A model generated the notes under the pieces. It was not told the origin of the DNA and searched no databases. It worked only from the letters and a program-made list of their open reading frames with translations. A program made the position numbers and the translations under genes. From a virus (Duplodnaviria; Caudoviricetes), in IMG/VR virus record IMGVR_UViG_3300037419_002757, positions 1-56,857 of that record: a stretch of DNA of 56,857 bases, one strand, 5' to 3'. Shown here in pieces: positions 18,563 through 26,785 of the stretch (position 1 is its first letter; every line of letters starts with the position of its first letter).

Positions 18563-19026
18563 TGGGACAGTTCCTTGCCGCCGCGCCCGGAAACCAGCGC
18601 CCCCGGCACACCGGCACCATCGACCGCGTCGTGCTCCACACGGCGGAGGGCACCTACGCCGGGACGATCGCGTGGTTCCAGAACCCCGACGCGCGGGTGA
18701 GCGCGCACTTCGTCATCTCGCAGAAGGGCGAGGTGACGCAGATGGTCCTCGAGCGGGACGCCGCGTTCCACGCCGCGCCGTGGAACGACCGCTCCATCGG
18801 CATCGAGCACGAGGGGCACGCGGCGGATGAGACGTGGCCGGACGCGCTGCTGGAGGCGTCGGCCGCGCTCGTCGCCGACATCTGTCGGCGGCGGAACATC
18901 CCCGCCGACCGCACCCACATCGTCGGCCACTACGAGGTCCCGGGCGCCACCCACACCGACCCGGGAGCACACTGGCCCTGGGAACGCTACATGGCCCTCG
19001 TCGCCTCGCACCTCCGGAGCCCCTGA
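18562..19026 (+). CDS. Endolysin, N-acetylmuramoyl-L-alanine amidase (Amidase_2)
   Basis: VVLHT, SAHFVI, AFHA..WN.RSIGIE, IVGH, TDPG motifs; ATG overlaps the upstream TGA. Confidence 0.92.
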   Translation: MGQFLAAAPGNQRPRHTGTIDRVVLHTAEGTYAGTIAWFQNPDARVSAHFVISQKGEVTQMVLERDAAFHAAPWNDRSIGIEHEGHAADETWPDALLEASAALVADICRRRNIPADRTHIVGHYEVPGATHTDPGAHWPWERYMALVASHLRSP

Positions 19027-19358
19027 TGCCCCCCACCGCGTCCGACACCGAACCCCCCGTGCAGACCGCCCGTCTCACCGCGGCCCCGCCTCCGGCCGAC
19101 GACGGACCGTGGTGGGCGCGGCAGCTCGTCCTCGACAACCGCGACGGGCACGCACACACCGCCGCGGCGATCGAGCGGCAGACATCGCGCCTGTCGTGGT
19201 TCGCCTTCGGCGTGTTCGTGATGGGGCTCGTGCTCATCTACGGCATCCTCACGCTCAAGGGCGCGGACGTCGGGAAGGTGGCCGACGCGGTGAAGACCAC
19301 GTCCACCCTCGTCGAGCCGCCGGGCGGCCCGTCGGGCGCCGAAGCGCAGGTGCCGTAG
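19026..19358 (+). CDS. Putative holin / membrane lysis protein
   Basis: One TM segment (WFAFGVFVMGLVLIYGILTL); coupled to the amidase gene. Confidence 0.55.
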   Translation: MPPTASDTEPPVQTARLTAAPPPADDGPWWARQLVLDNRDGHAHTAAAIERQTSRLSWFAFGVFVMGLVLIYGILTLKGADVGKVADAVKTTSTLVEPPGGPSGAEAQVP

Positions 19359-19507
19359 TGCCACTCGAGAAGTCGGCCGGCGACGCGACGCGGGAGCGCA
19401 ACGTCGAGCGGGAGATCGCCGCGGGGAAGCCTCCGACGCAGGCGGTCGCCATCGCCTACGCCACGCAGCGGGACGTGCTCCGCGCGCACACACGCAGGGG
19501 GAAGTAG
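19358..19507 (+). CDS. Small conserved phage protein
   Basis: MPLEKS......NVEREIAAGKPPTQAVAIAY resembles the common phage 'GKP..QAVAIA' family; TAGTG overlap. Confidence 0.65.
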   Translation: MPLEKSAGDATRERNVEREIAAGKPPTQAVAIAYATQRDVLRAHTRRGK

Positions 19508-19786
19508 ATGGGAAGCGGCGTCTCCAACCGCATCGTCGGCCAGCACCGGCAGGCCGGGACCGGCATCGTGGACTACCGGCTCCTCTACCACGACGACCTC
19601 GTGACGGGTGCGGCGTGGGTCCACTCCCCGACCATCACGCCCGCGACGTACGCGACGCTCAAGGCCGCGGCCGCGGTGTCGGAGGCGGCGTTCCTCACGG
19701 CCGTCGCGAACACGGCGTGGCAGTCCTTCCTCAACACCTACGGCTACGACTCCGAGGTGTGGCTCGGGGTGCTGGACGTCAAGTAG
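19508..19786 (+). CDS. Hypothetical protein, last gene of the late arm
   Basis: 92 aa, abuts the previous stop. Confidence 0.65.
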   Translation: MGSGVSNRIVGQHRQAGTGIVDYRLLYHDDLVTGAAWVHSPTITPATYATLKAAAAVSEAAFLTAVANTAWQSFLNTYGYDSEVWLGVLDVK

Positions 19787-19788
19787 GT

Positions 19789-20238
19789 CTACCGGAGCAC
19801 ATACCTCCGGGCCTTCGCATCCCATCGGGTGTGGATTGCGAGACGATTCAGGTCCTCCGTCGCCCCCGGTGGTCCCGCCGGAACGGACACCCACCCCTGC
19901 CGGGGCGGGTTCATGTCCGGCCCCCACAGGCACCAGAAGCCGTACTCCCGACACTCGACGACGCCCGGCCACGTGCCGGTCCACGGAAGCCTGCGGGCGC
20001 CCCACTCGGCATCCCACTTCTCGTACATCTCGTCGGTCGGGCCGTTCTCGTAGATGTCCGGGTGCTCGTCCTCCAGCGTGCCGGGGTCCATCCCGCACAC
20101 CTCGTAGATGCAGTTGCACGCGATGATCTGCCCACCGCACTTCGGGCACCGCTCGACGTCGCAGCCCGGCTTGTGCAGCTTTCCGGGTTCGGCGCCACAA
20201 TCTCCGCAGTTGCGGCGGACGACGGGGTCTTCGGACAT
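19789..20238 (-). CDS. Cys-rich zinc-binding protein
   Basis: CGDC...H..GCD.ERCPKC.....CNC; AGGAG RBS; TTGACG promoter near 20286. Confidence 0.75.
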   Translation of the reverse strand: MSEDPVVRRNCGDCGAEPGKLHKPGCDVERCPKCGGQIIACNCIYEVCGMDPGTLEDEHPDIYENGPTDEMYEKWDAEWGARRLPWTGTWPGVVECREYGFWCLWGPDMNPPRQGWVSVPAGPPGATEDLNRLAIHTRWDAKARRYVLR

Positions 20239-20282
20239 TCGTGTTCTCCTGTAGTAGTCATACACCTACTACAGCGGCACCG

Positions 20283-20606
20283 TCAAGGCCCCCGGCGCCG
20301 GAGCCACCACAGCACGAGCCGGAGCAGCAGGCCGACGCGGGGCATGGACTTCTCGGACCCCGGCGCCCACGCCTTCGCGGTCAGCACCCCGACGAGGAGG
20401 TGCTGCTCGCCGCTGCGTCGGAGGCCCTCGGCGAGCTTCTCGAGCAGCACCGCGGACGTCGCGGGGTCGAGGGTCTGGCCGGCACGGCAGCGCGCGGCCA
20501 TCGTCTCGAACTCGGTGGCGGTGCCCTCCGCCCACGTCGCGACGTCGATCGCGTGGTGGAGAACCGCCTGGCCGGCTGCCTGCTCGTCCATGTCCCGTCG
20601 TATCAC
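20283..20606 (-). CDS. Hypothetical protein
   Basis: ORF tiles the - strand arm; start may be the ATG at 20591. Confidence 0.55.
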   Translation of the reverse strand: MIRRDMDEQAAGQAVLHHAIDVATWAEGTATEFETMAARCRAGQTLDPATSAVLLEKLAEGLRRSGEQHLLVGVLTAKAWAPGSEKSMPRVGLLLRLVLWWLRRRGP

Positions 20607-20625
20607 GACGGAGCGCGACGGCGGG

Positions 20626-21039
20626 CTACTCGACGATGCCCGTGTCCGGCGTCGAGAGGACGCTGCCGGTGTCGGGCGTCTCGGCGGAGGACGGGGGCGG
20701 GGAGTTCGACCACGAGACGCTGATGTGCTCGGCCACGTCGTCGTCCCCGACGAGGCACACCACGTCGAGCGGGCTCGTCGGCACCGTCTTCACGCCGATG
20801 AGGAGGCTGTGGGGCTGGCCGTAGTCGAGGGAGTCGGAGATGACGAACGGATCCTGGCACTCGTACCGCGTCATCGTGAAGCAGTCGGAGTACGACACGA
20901 ACTCGGATGGGAACTCCGGGGAGAGCGACACGTCGTAGTCGGACAGCGCGAGCTCGCACGTGCCGTCGGGGCCGGTGTCGGTCGGCAGGGAGTCGGACAC
21001 CTTGAGGGTGCAGGCGAAGAGGTCGAGGACGAGGATCAT
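20626..21039 (-). CDS. Putative lipoprotein with DTG repeats
   Basis: ATGA overlap with the methyltransferase stop; MILVLDLFAC lipobox-like start; acidic, three DTG motifs. Confidence 0.6.
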   Translation of the reverse strand: MILVLDLFACTLKVSDSLPTDTGPDGTCELALSDYDVSLSPEFPSEFVSYSDCFTMTRYECQDPFVISDSLDYGQPHSLLIGVKTVPTSPLDVVCLVGDDDVAEHISVSWSNSPPPSSAETPDTGSVLSTPDTGIVE

Positions 21040-22283
21040 GGGATGCTCCGGTGGAGGTTGTCGGGGAGGGCGGGGGATAACCAGCCGGGCCACGTCCGTC
21101 GCGGTCCGGTCGTCACGAAGGCCCGCACGAACGCGGCGGCGACCTGCGGCACGATGGCGTTGCCGAAGCCCTTCAGCATCTCCGTCCGCGCCGGGAAGGC
21201 ACCGGAGGGGCACAGGACAGCCACTCCAGCGGGTAGCCCATGAGCCAGCAGGACAGAACGGGCGAGAGCTGGCCGGGCCTTTCCGTCGCGACAGGAGATC
21301 CACTCGACGTCGGACCAGGCGTCGCCAGTTGCGCCACGCGGGGAAGCTGGTCGAGCCGCGAGCGCGTCGAGCCATCCGGGTTCGTCCCCGTCTCGGCCAT
21401 GCCCGGCGAGTCCTTCCAGTCCCGCGCCGACGCGGTCGGCCACGAGGCGAGCCCCGCCTGCGCCGACAGGGCCAGCCCCGCGTCCTGCGAGTTGTGCTGC
21501 TGGCGCTCCGCCGCGCGCGGCGTGCTCCACCCCGCGAGCCGGGCCGCGTCGGTCAGCGTCGTGCCGCTGTGCCGCCCCGACGCCGTCGAGTAGTGCAGAG
21601 CCCCGGAGGACTTCGCGTCGGTCGTCGTCGTCGTCGGCCACCCGGCGTACGTCGCCACGGTCGGCAGGTCGTGACCCGTCGCTCCCTGCCGGGCCTCCGC
21701 GCGCAGAGCGCCCTTCTCCCCGTCCGCCGACCGCGGGGTCGGCCAGTCGCCGGGCTCCGAAGAAGATCCGGTGACGGAGGTGCGGGGCGCCGACCCCCGC
21801 AGCAGGCAGAACCGCCATCCCGACGGCGTAGCCTGCTCCTTCCAGGTCAGAACGAACAACGTCGAACCACGCGTATCCAAGAGGCGACGCAACCTGCTCG
21901 CCAAAAAACCATTCAGGTCGGCGGGCCACGATGAGGCGGAAGAGATCCGGCCAGAGGTGGCGCTCGTCGTCGAAGCCGCGCTGCTCTCCGGCGTCGGAGA
22001 AGGGCTGGCAGGGGCAGCTTCCGGTCCACACGGGCTCGTCGTCGGGCCACCCGGCGAGGCGGAGGGCGTACGACCATCCTGCAATCCCGGCGAAGAAATG
22101 GGCCTGTGTCGCCGGGCGACCGTCGGCATCGACGATGTCTTCGACCCGGAGGTCCCGGATGCTGCGTTCACTGACGACTCCCGGGGCGACGTGCCCGGCG
22201 GCGACGAGGTTGCGGATCCATGCGGCCGGATACGGATCCAGCTCGTTGTAGAAGGCGGAAGGTGAGCGACCGCTCGGATTCAC
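21036..22283 (-). CDS. C5 cytosine DNA methyltransferase, alpha polypeptide (permuted motifs, lacks motif IX)
   Basis: YNELD (II), HFFAGIAG (I), GSCPCQPFS (IV), GEQV (VI), PHLRHRIF (VIII), LKGFGNAIVPQVA (X). GTG at 22283 overlaps the upstream TGA. Confidence 0.9.
   Translation of the reverse strand: MNPSGRSPSAFYNELDPYPAAWIRNLVAAGHVAPGVVSERSIRDLRVEDIVDADGRPATQAHFFAGIAGWSYALRLAGWPDDEPVWTGSCPCQPFSDAGEQRGFDDERHLWPDLFRLIVARRPEWFFGEQVASPLGYAWFDVVRSDLEGAGYAVGMAVLPAAGVGAPHLRHRIFFGARRLADPAVGGRGEGRSARGGPAGSDGSRPADRGDVRRVADDDDDRREVLRGSALLDGVGAAQRHDADRRGPARGVEHAARGGAPAAQLAGRGAGPVGAGGARLVADRVGAGLEGLAGHGRDGDEPGWLDALAARPASPRGATGDAWSDVEWISCRDGKARPALARSVLLAHGLPAGVAVLCPSGAFPARTEMLKGFGNAIVPQVAAAFVRAFVTTGPRRTWPGWLSPALPDNLHRSIP
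21173..22171 (-). CDS. Methyltransferase beta polypeptide in a nested alternative frame
   Basis: Four W(P/S)T repeats and motif IX-like GQLSPVLSCWLMGYPLEW; true start uncertain. Confidence 0.75.
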   Translation of the reverse strand: MNAASGTSGSKTSSMPTVARRHRPISSPGLQDGRTPSASPGGPTTSPCGPEAAPASPSPTPESSAASTTSATSGRISSASSWPADLNGFLASRLRRLLDTRGSTLFVLTWKEQATPSGWRFCLLRGSAPRTSVTGSSSEPGDWPTPRSADGEKGALRAEARQGATGHDLPTVATYAGWPTTTTTDAKSSGALHYSTASGRHSGTTLTDAARLAGWSTPRAAERQQHNSQDAGLALSAQAGLASWPTASARDWKDSPGMAETGTNPDGSTRSRLDQLPRVAQLATPGPTSSGSPVATERPGQLSPVLSCWLMGYPLEWLSCAPPVPSRRGRRC

Positions 22284-22489
22284 CGCCGCCCCAGCAGGAG
22301 CGCCTCGGCCTCCTCTTCCCGCAGGTACCCGCGCCCGTGGCGCTGCTGGCGGAGACGCAGGTTGAAGAGGATGTTCGCGCGGACCGGCGGGGTGCCGGAG
22401 CCAGGCTCGCACGTGGCGATGGGGAGCTCGCCGGGCTCGCGCTCCTTCGGGACGAGGAGCAGGGGCGGCATCGGGGCGGGGTCGGTCAT
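22280..22489 (-). CDS. Hypothetical protein
   Basis: AGGAGGT RBS and own promoter. Confidence 0.7.
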   Translation of the reverse strand: MTDPAPMPPLLLVPKEREPGELPIATCEPGSGTPPVRANILFNLRLRQQRHGRGYLREEEAEALLLGRR

Positions 22490-22508
22490 CGTGTACCTCC
22501 TGCTCCCG

Positions 22509-22537
22509 ACAGTACCTCAACCTCTACTTGTAGTCAA
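22509..22537 (-). promoter_or_regulatory. Sigma70-like promoter with a CTACAAGTAG dyad
   Basis: TTGACT-N17-TACTGT on the - strand. Confidence 0.65.
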
Positions 22538-22544
22538 GGTCCGA

Positions 22545-22796
22545 TTACTCCAGATTCTCGTCCTTCGGCACCCACGGCGTCCAGCGCAGGATCACAAGGC
22601 GCATGGCCCGGCGCTCACGCTTCTCGTTCGTGACGATGCGCGGGCTGCGGACGCGCGCGGCGAGGGTCTCCACGTCCGTCGGCACGACGTGGAAGTTCGG
22701 CACCTTCCATCCGACGGGCGGGCGGGGCCGGCGCGGACGGCCGACGGACATCTTCCGCGCCGTCCCGTCGGCGAAGACGCGGAAGCTGCTACCCAC
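22545..22796 (-). CDS. Basic hypothetical protein
   Basis: 83 aa, tiles the operon. Confidence 0.5.
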   Translation of the reverse strand: MGSSFRVFADGTARKMSVGRPRRPRPPVGWKVPNFHVVPTDVETLAARVRSPRIVTNEKRERRAMRLVILRWTPWVPKDENLE

Positions 22797-23010
22797 CCAG
22801 CGCCTCCAGGGCGCGCAGGAGACGCGCGGGGGGCGACGACGGGCGGTCGCCTCCGGCGAAGGATTCGCAACGCGTACGCAGCCACGCGAGCGCGACGGGT
22901 CGCGGGTCGCGGCCGGCGTCGGCCTCCGCCAGCGCCGCGTCCATCACCTTCGGGGGCAGCAGGGGCAGGACGTTGTCAGGGAGCAGCGTGTGGGCTTCGG
23001 AAGGGGTCAT
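22789..23010 (-). CDS. Hypothetical protein
   Basis: ATGA overlap with the upstream gene; 73 aa. Confidence 0.6.
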   Translation of the reverse strand: MTPSEAHTLLPDNVLPLLPPKVMDAALAEADAGRDPRPVALAWLRTRCESFAGGDRPSSPPARLLRALEALGG

Positions 23011-23372
23011 CGTGCACGCTTCCCGATCTCGATCAGTTCGCGCATCTCCTCGGCGAGCGCGGTGGCGTTGCGTCGGACGCGGCGCCATTCGCGGGCGAGG
23101 TAGGGCCCGTCGGTCAGTCCCGAGCGTTCGAGTTGCTGGGCACGGCCTTCCGTGTAGGGATGGCAGTCGAGGATCTCCTGGATGGCGTCGGCCTCGAAGT
23201 TGCGGGCGTTGTCAACCTGGACAGGTGTCCCGTGCTTCGCAATGCCGAACGCCCGGCGCTCCTCCATGAGCGCACGCAGCGCGTCGGAGCACCGCGTGTC
23301 GGCCAGCACGTCGAGCCACACGTCGCCGGTGCCCGGGGCGGGCGGGGGCTGGGGGACGAGGAGCTTGTCCAT
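23007..23372 (-). CDS. MazG-like all-alpha nucleotide pyrophosphohydrolase
   Basis: ER..FGIAKHGTP....N.R....DA.QE.LD...Y pattern; near the DNA polymerase gene. Confidence 0.55.
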   Translation of the reverse strand: MDKLLVPQPPPAPGTGDVWLDVLADTRCSDALRALMEERRAFGIAKHGTPVQVDNARNFEADAIQEILDCHPYTEGRAQQLERSGLTDGPYLAREWRRVRRNATALAEEMRELIEIGKRAR

Positions 23373-23379
23373 AAAGCTG

Positions 23380-23598
23380 CTACCCCTTGACCGGGGCGGC
23401 CAGCGCCTTGTCCATCTCGTCCAGCATCCGGCGGACCTGTAGCGTCTTGCGCCGAATGTCCTCCGTCCACGCCTCGTGGTCGTCGGAGAAGGTGTCAAGG
23501 TGCAGGTCTTCGGCATCCCGGGCGACCTGCTCGGACAGCTTCCGAACGCGCGTGATGTGCGTACGTAGAGAAACGGGTTTCGTATAGTCATACGCCAT
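23380..23598 (-). CDS. Hypothetical helical protein
   Basis: 72 aa, abuts the polymerase stop. Confidence 0.6.
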   Translation of the reverse strand: MAYDYTKPVSLRTHITRVRKLSEQVARDAEDLHLDTFSDDHEAWTEDIRRKTLQVRRMLDEMDKALAAPVKG

Positions 23599-25773
23599 CT
23601 ACCTCTCCTTCGGCTCCCACACGCGGAGCCTCCCCTTCTCGTCGAACACCGGCTTCGCGCCCTTGTACCACCGGCGCATCAGCGACTCCTCGGCGCCCAC
23701 GGGGACGTCGGGGACGAAGACCTTCATCCCCTCGATCATGTGCTCCTTCAGCCGCACGTTGGCGGCGTGGACGGCGTCGATGCTCGCCTCGGTCGTGTCG
23801 TCGCCGGGGACCTCGAGGATGAACTCGTCGTGCAGGAACGCGACCGGCCGGCACCCGTAGAGCGGCTCGGGGGCGCGACGCCCGGCCCGCACCTCGGCGG
23901 CGAGCGCGAGGTCCGAGGACCCGAGGTAGCACTCCTTCGTGATGCGCCAGTCCGCCTCCTCCGTGCCGTCCGCCGTGAGGCCCTGGAAGAAGGAGTTGGC
24001 GGCGGAGGTGAAGGTGCAACCCCCGCGCACCCGGCCGGATCGGAGCTGGACGATCTGGAAGGACTCGCCGTACGCCCCGCCGAGGGACTTGATGTGCGCG
24101 AAGTACATGTCCGCCTCGCGGTACATGCGCTTCCAGATGCGCTTGACGTTCTCGGCCTTCTCCAGCGAGATCCTCACGCCGTAGTTCGCCCACGCGAAGT
24201 CGATGAACGTCTTCGCGCCGAGCCCGCCCGGGAGCCCGAAGTTGGCGGCCTTCGCCAACTGGCGGGCGTCCGCTGCCCACTCCTCTCCCGCCTTGAGCGC
24301 GGTCCGGAATCCGTCGTAGTCGATGTCGAGGTGCTCGCCGGCGGCGTGCAGGATCTCGACCGCCATCACGGAGTGCGGGTCCTTCCCTTCGCGGATGAGG
24401 TCGGCGAGGTCGGAGACGCCGAACAGGTCGAGGCAGACCTGCGCCCACGACACGAGCTCGATGAAGCTGTAGTCGGTGGCGAGGAAGAGGAAGCCGGGCC
24501 GCGGGACGAAGCATTCCCGCACACCACCCTTCCGCATCGGCTGTTGCATCGGCGGCTTCCAGCAGCTCGTCCGCCCCGTCGCGACGGGGTTGTTCCACGT
24601 CGGGTTGACGGGGGCCTGCACCCCGGCGAGGAGGTGGTCGAGCCACACCGACCCGATCTTCTCGTCGTTGCCGATGGCGGCGAGCAGCAGGAGCCGCGGG
24701 TCGGTCGTGCCTTCCAGCACCTCGCCCGCCGTGGAGACCTGCCCGTCGGGATACCGCGTGGACGGCGCGGTGCGGAGCGCCGGCACCCCCCGGCGCGCGG
24801 CGTCGCGCTCGACGAGGGCCTGGATCACCTTCGTGTCCCGGGACTCCTCCGTCTCGACGAGCCCCGTGGCCTTGCGCTTGACCGTCTTCACCTTCATCAC
24901 GGGTGCGTTCGTGTTGGGGAGCGTACCGTCGGGGGCGTCCCACGACACCTCGCGCTTGTCGAAGGCGTGGTCCACGAGGAGCTTGAACCGCTCCGTCGGG
25001 GGGTTGCGGAGGCGCTCGTACGCCGCGCGCGCGGGCATCCGCAACACCTCGTGGGCGTCCTCGCGCACGGCGCGGATGCGGGACTCGAGCTTCGACACCG
25101 CCTCGATGTCGGTGCGCAGGCCCCACATCCCCTTGAGGTGGTTCGACCACGCCCGCCGGGTCTGCTGCACCTCGTTCGGCAGGTAGTCGAGGACGTTCTC
25201 CAGCTCGCACTCGGCGGCCTGGTGGTCGAAGATGCGGACGTTCCACACCGCGTCGTCCTTGGCGTAGCGCACGGCCTCCTCCGGCCACGCCTCCAGCGGC
25301 ACCCTGTCGAGCTCGCGGTAGCGCAGGCGCCACGCGTCGGGGTTCGTCTTGTCGCCGGACAGGTCGATGCCGAAGCGGCGCTGCACGATCTCGGCCAGCG
25401 AGAAGCCGGACTTCCGGCCGTCCTCGTCGGTCTTCATCTCCCCGCGGGCGAGGAGGATGAGCTTGTCCCGCACCCGGCAGTCCCGGATGCGCCCGTCCTC
25501 GTACGCCCGGAACACGAGCGGCAGCAGGTCCGGCCGCTCGTTGCACACCACGCCGAAGTCGAAGGCGCCGTTCTGGACGAGGATGTGGGTGTCTTGCCGG
25601 AGAAGCGACTCGATCGCGAGGAGTGCGCCTTCGCGGAGTTCGAGCCACGTCGGCGTGACCCCGGGTGTCTCCTCGCAGTCCGCCCAATGGAAGCTTCCGC
25701 ACACCAGCGGCGGCGCAAGAAGTCCGGCTTGAATCAACCAAGTTTCGGTGTCGAAGCCGATGCGGGCGGGCAT
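23599..25773 (-). CDS. polA: DNA polymerase, family A, with 3'-5' exonuclease
   Basis: Exo motifs FDTET, QNGAFD, YAKDD; TGRTS; motif A DYSFIEL; motif B RQLAKAANFGLPGG; motif C FLHDE. Confidence 0.95.
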   Translation of the reverse strand: MPARIGFDTETWLIQAGLLAPPLVCGSFHWADCEETPGVTPTWLELREGALLAIESLLRQDTHILVQNGAFDFGVVCNERPDLLPLVFRAYEDGRIRDCRVRDKLILLARGEMKTDEDGRKSGFSLAEIVQRRFGIDLSGDKTNPDAWRLRYRELDRVPLEAWPEEAVRYAKDDAVWNVRIFDHQAAECELENVLDYLPNEVQQTRRAWSNHLKGMWGLRTDIEAVSKLESRIRAVREDAHEVLRMPARAAYERLRNPPTERFKLLVDHAFDKREVSWDAPDGTLPNTNAPVMKVKTVKRKATGLVETEESRDTKVIQALVERDAARRGVPALRTAPSTRYPDGQVSTAGEVLEGTTDPRLLLLAAIGNDEKIGSVWLDHLLAGVQAPVNPTWNNPVATGRTSCWKPPMQQPMRKGGVRECFVPRPGFLFLATDYSFIELVSWAQVCLDLFGVSDLADLIREGKDPHSVMAVEILHAAGEHLDIDYDGFRTALKAGEEWAADARQLAKAANFGLPGGLGAKTFIDFAWANYGVRISLEKAENVKRIWKRMYREADMYFAHIKSLGGAYGESFQIVQLRSGRVRGGCTFTSAANSFFQGLTADGTEEADWRITKECYLGSSDLALAAEVRAGRRAPEPLYGCRPVAFLHDEFILEVPGDDTTEASIDAVHAANVRLKEHMIEGMKVFVPDVPVGAEESLMRRWYKGAKPVFDEKGRLRVWEPKER

Positions 25774-25774
25774 G

Positions 25775-25984
25775 TCAGGGCTTCCGGATGCTGACGCTGC
25801 CCAAGAGCACGCCCAGGCACCACGTCGAGAAGGCCGTGAGGACGAAGATGCCCATCCCCCGCAGCCCTTGGAAATACGACGCGACGACCATCCCGACGCC
25901 GAGGGCCGGCACCGTCGCCAGAACCAGCACAACGAGCGACTTCTTTCCGTACTCGTCTTCGGCCTTCGACCTGTCTTCCGTCAT
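25775..25984 (-). CDS. Small two-TM membrane protein
   Basis: GGAGGT RBS; two hydrophobic stretches. Confidence 0.65.
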   Translation of the reverse strand: MTEDRSKAEDEYGKKSLVVLVLATVPALGVGMVVASYFQGLRGMGIFVLTAFSTWCLGVLLGSVSIRKP

Positions 25985-26005
25985 GGGTCTGACCTCCCAC
26001 GCCGA

Positions 26006-26042
26006 CGAGCCCGCCCCGTGCCATGACACGGGAGCGGGCTCG
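26006..26042 (-). terminator. Intergenic hairpin downstream of the SSB-like gene
   Basis: CGAGCCCGCCCCGTG-N6-CACGGGAGCGGGCTCG; no clear U-tract. Confidence 0.45.
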
Positions 26043-26093
26043 GGCCCGACGACTGGCACCGCCGGGCCGACGGGGCGGAGACCCGTCTCGAAG

Positions 26094-26684
26094 CTACCCG
26101 GCGGCCGCGGCCTCGCCCTCGGCCGGCGCGGCGAAGAGGTGCTCGAGGCCCTCGAGGTCCTGCGGCGTCGGGTTCTGGAAGGTGCACGCCGTGAACGCCG
26201 CGCCCTTCTGCGTCGGCTTGTTCCAGCACACCGCCGTCACGATCATGCCACGGTACGTGTCGATGCCGAGCGCGGCCAGCTCCGGGTCGGACTTCGCGTC
26301 GATCGCGCGCAGGCCGTACGCCGCCTCCGTCATCTCCGGCGTGAGCTCCGCCGGGTTGACCGGGCGCTGGAGGTAGACGCTGCGGAAGGCTGCGAGGTCC
26401 TGCGCCGTGTTGCCGAGGGCGAGCTGGTTGTCGAGGTTGTAGACCCGGTCGTACTCCGCCCCGACCTTGTGGTTGGTCGAGTCGGTCTTGAGGATCTGGA
26501 AGCTCTCGATGACCGTGCCGTTCTTCGACTTGAAGCCCGGGGGCCGGAAGGTGAGGTTCCCGATCATCACGACGTGCCGCGCCGGGACGGGCTTGTTGTT
26601 CGCGTCGAGCCCGTAGGCGAGATAGCGACCGCCGCCGCCGGGGAGGGAAGCGTTGCCGACGTTGTCGAAGGGGGATCCAGCCAT
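26094..26684 (-). CDS. Putative single-stranded DNA-binding protein
   Basis: 196 aa, beta-rich with an acidic tail, between helicase and polymerase; GGAG RBS and TTGACG-N17-TACAAC promoter. Confidence 0.55.
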   Translation of the reverse strand: MAGSPFDNVGNASLPGGGGRYLAYGLDANNKPVPARHVVMIGNLTFRPPGFKSKNGTVIESFQILKTDSTNHKVGAEYDRVYNLDNQLALGNTAQDLAAFRSVYLQRPVNPAELTPEMTEAAYGLRAIDAKSDPELAALGIDTYRGMIVTAVCWNKPTQKGAAFTACTFQNPTPQDLEGLEHLFAAPAEGEAAAAG

Positions 26685-26785
26685 TTGAGTTCTCCGATGT
26701 CTTTCGGTTCTTGGGTTTCTTTCGTTCTGCGTTCTCGCGTTCCTCGTGGAACGCCTCTCTGTTGTACTCCGAGACGCACAAGCCG

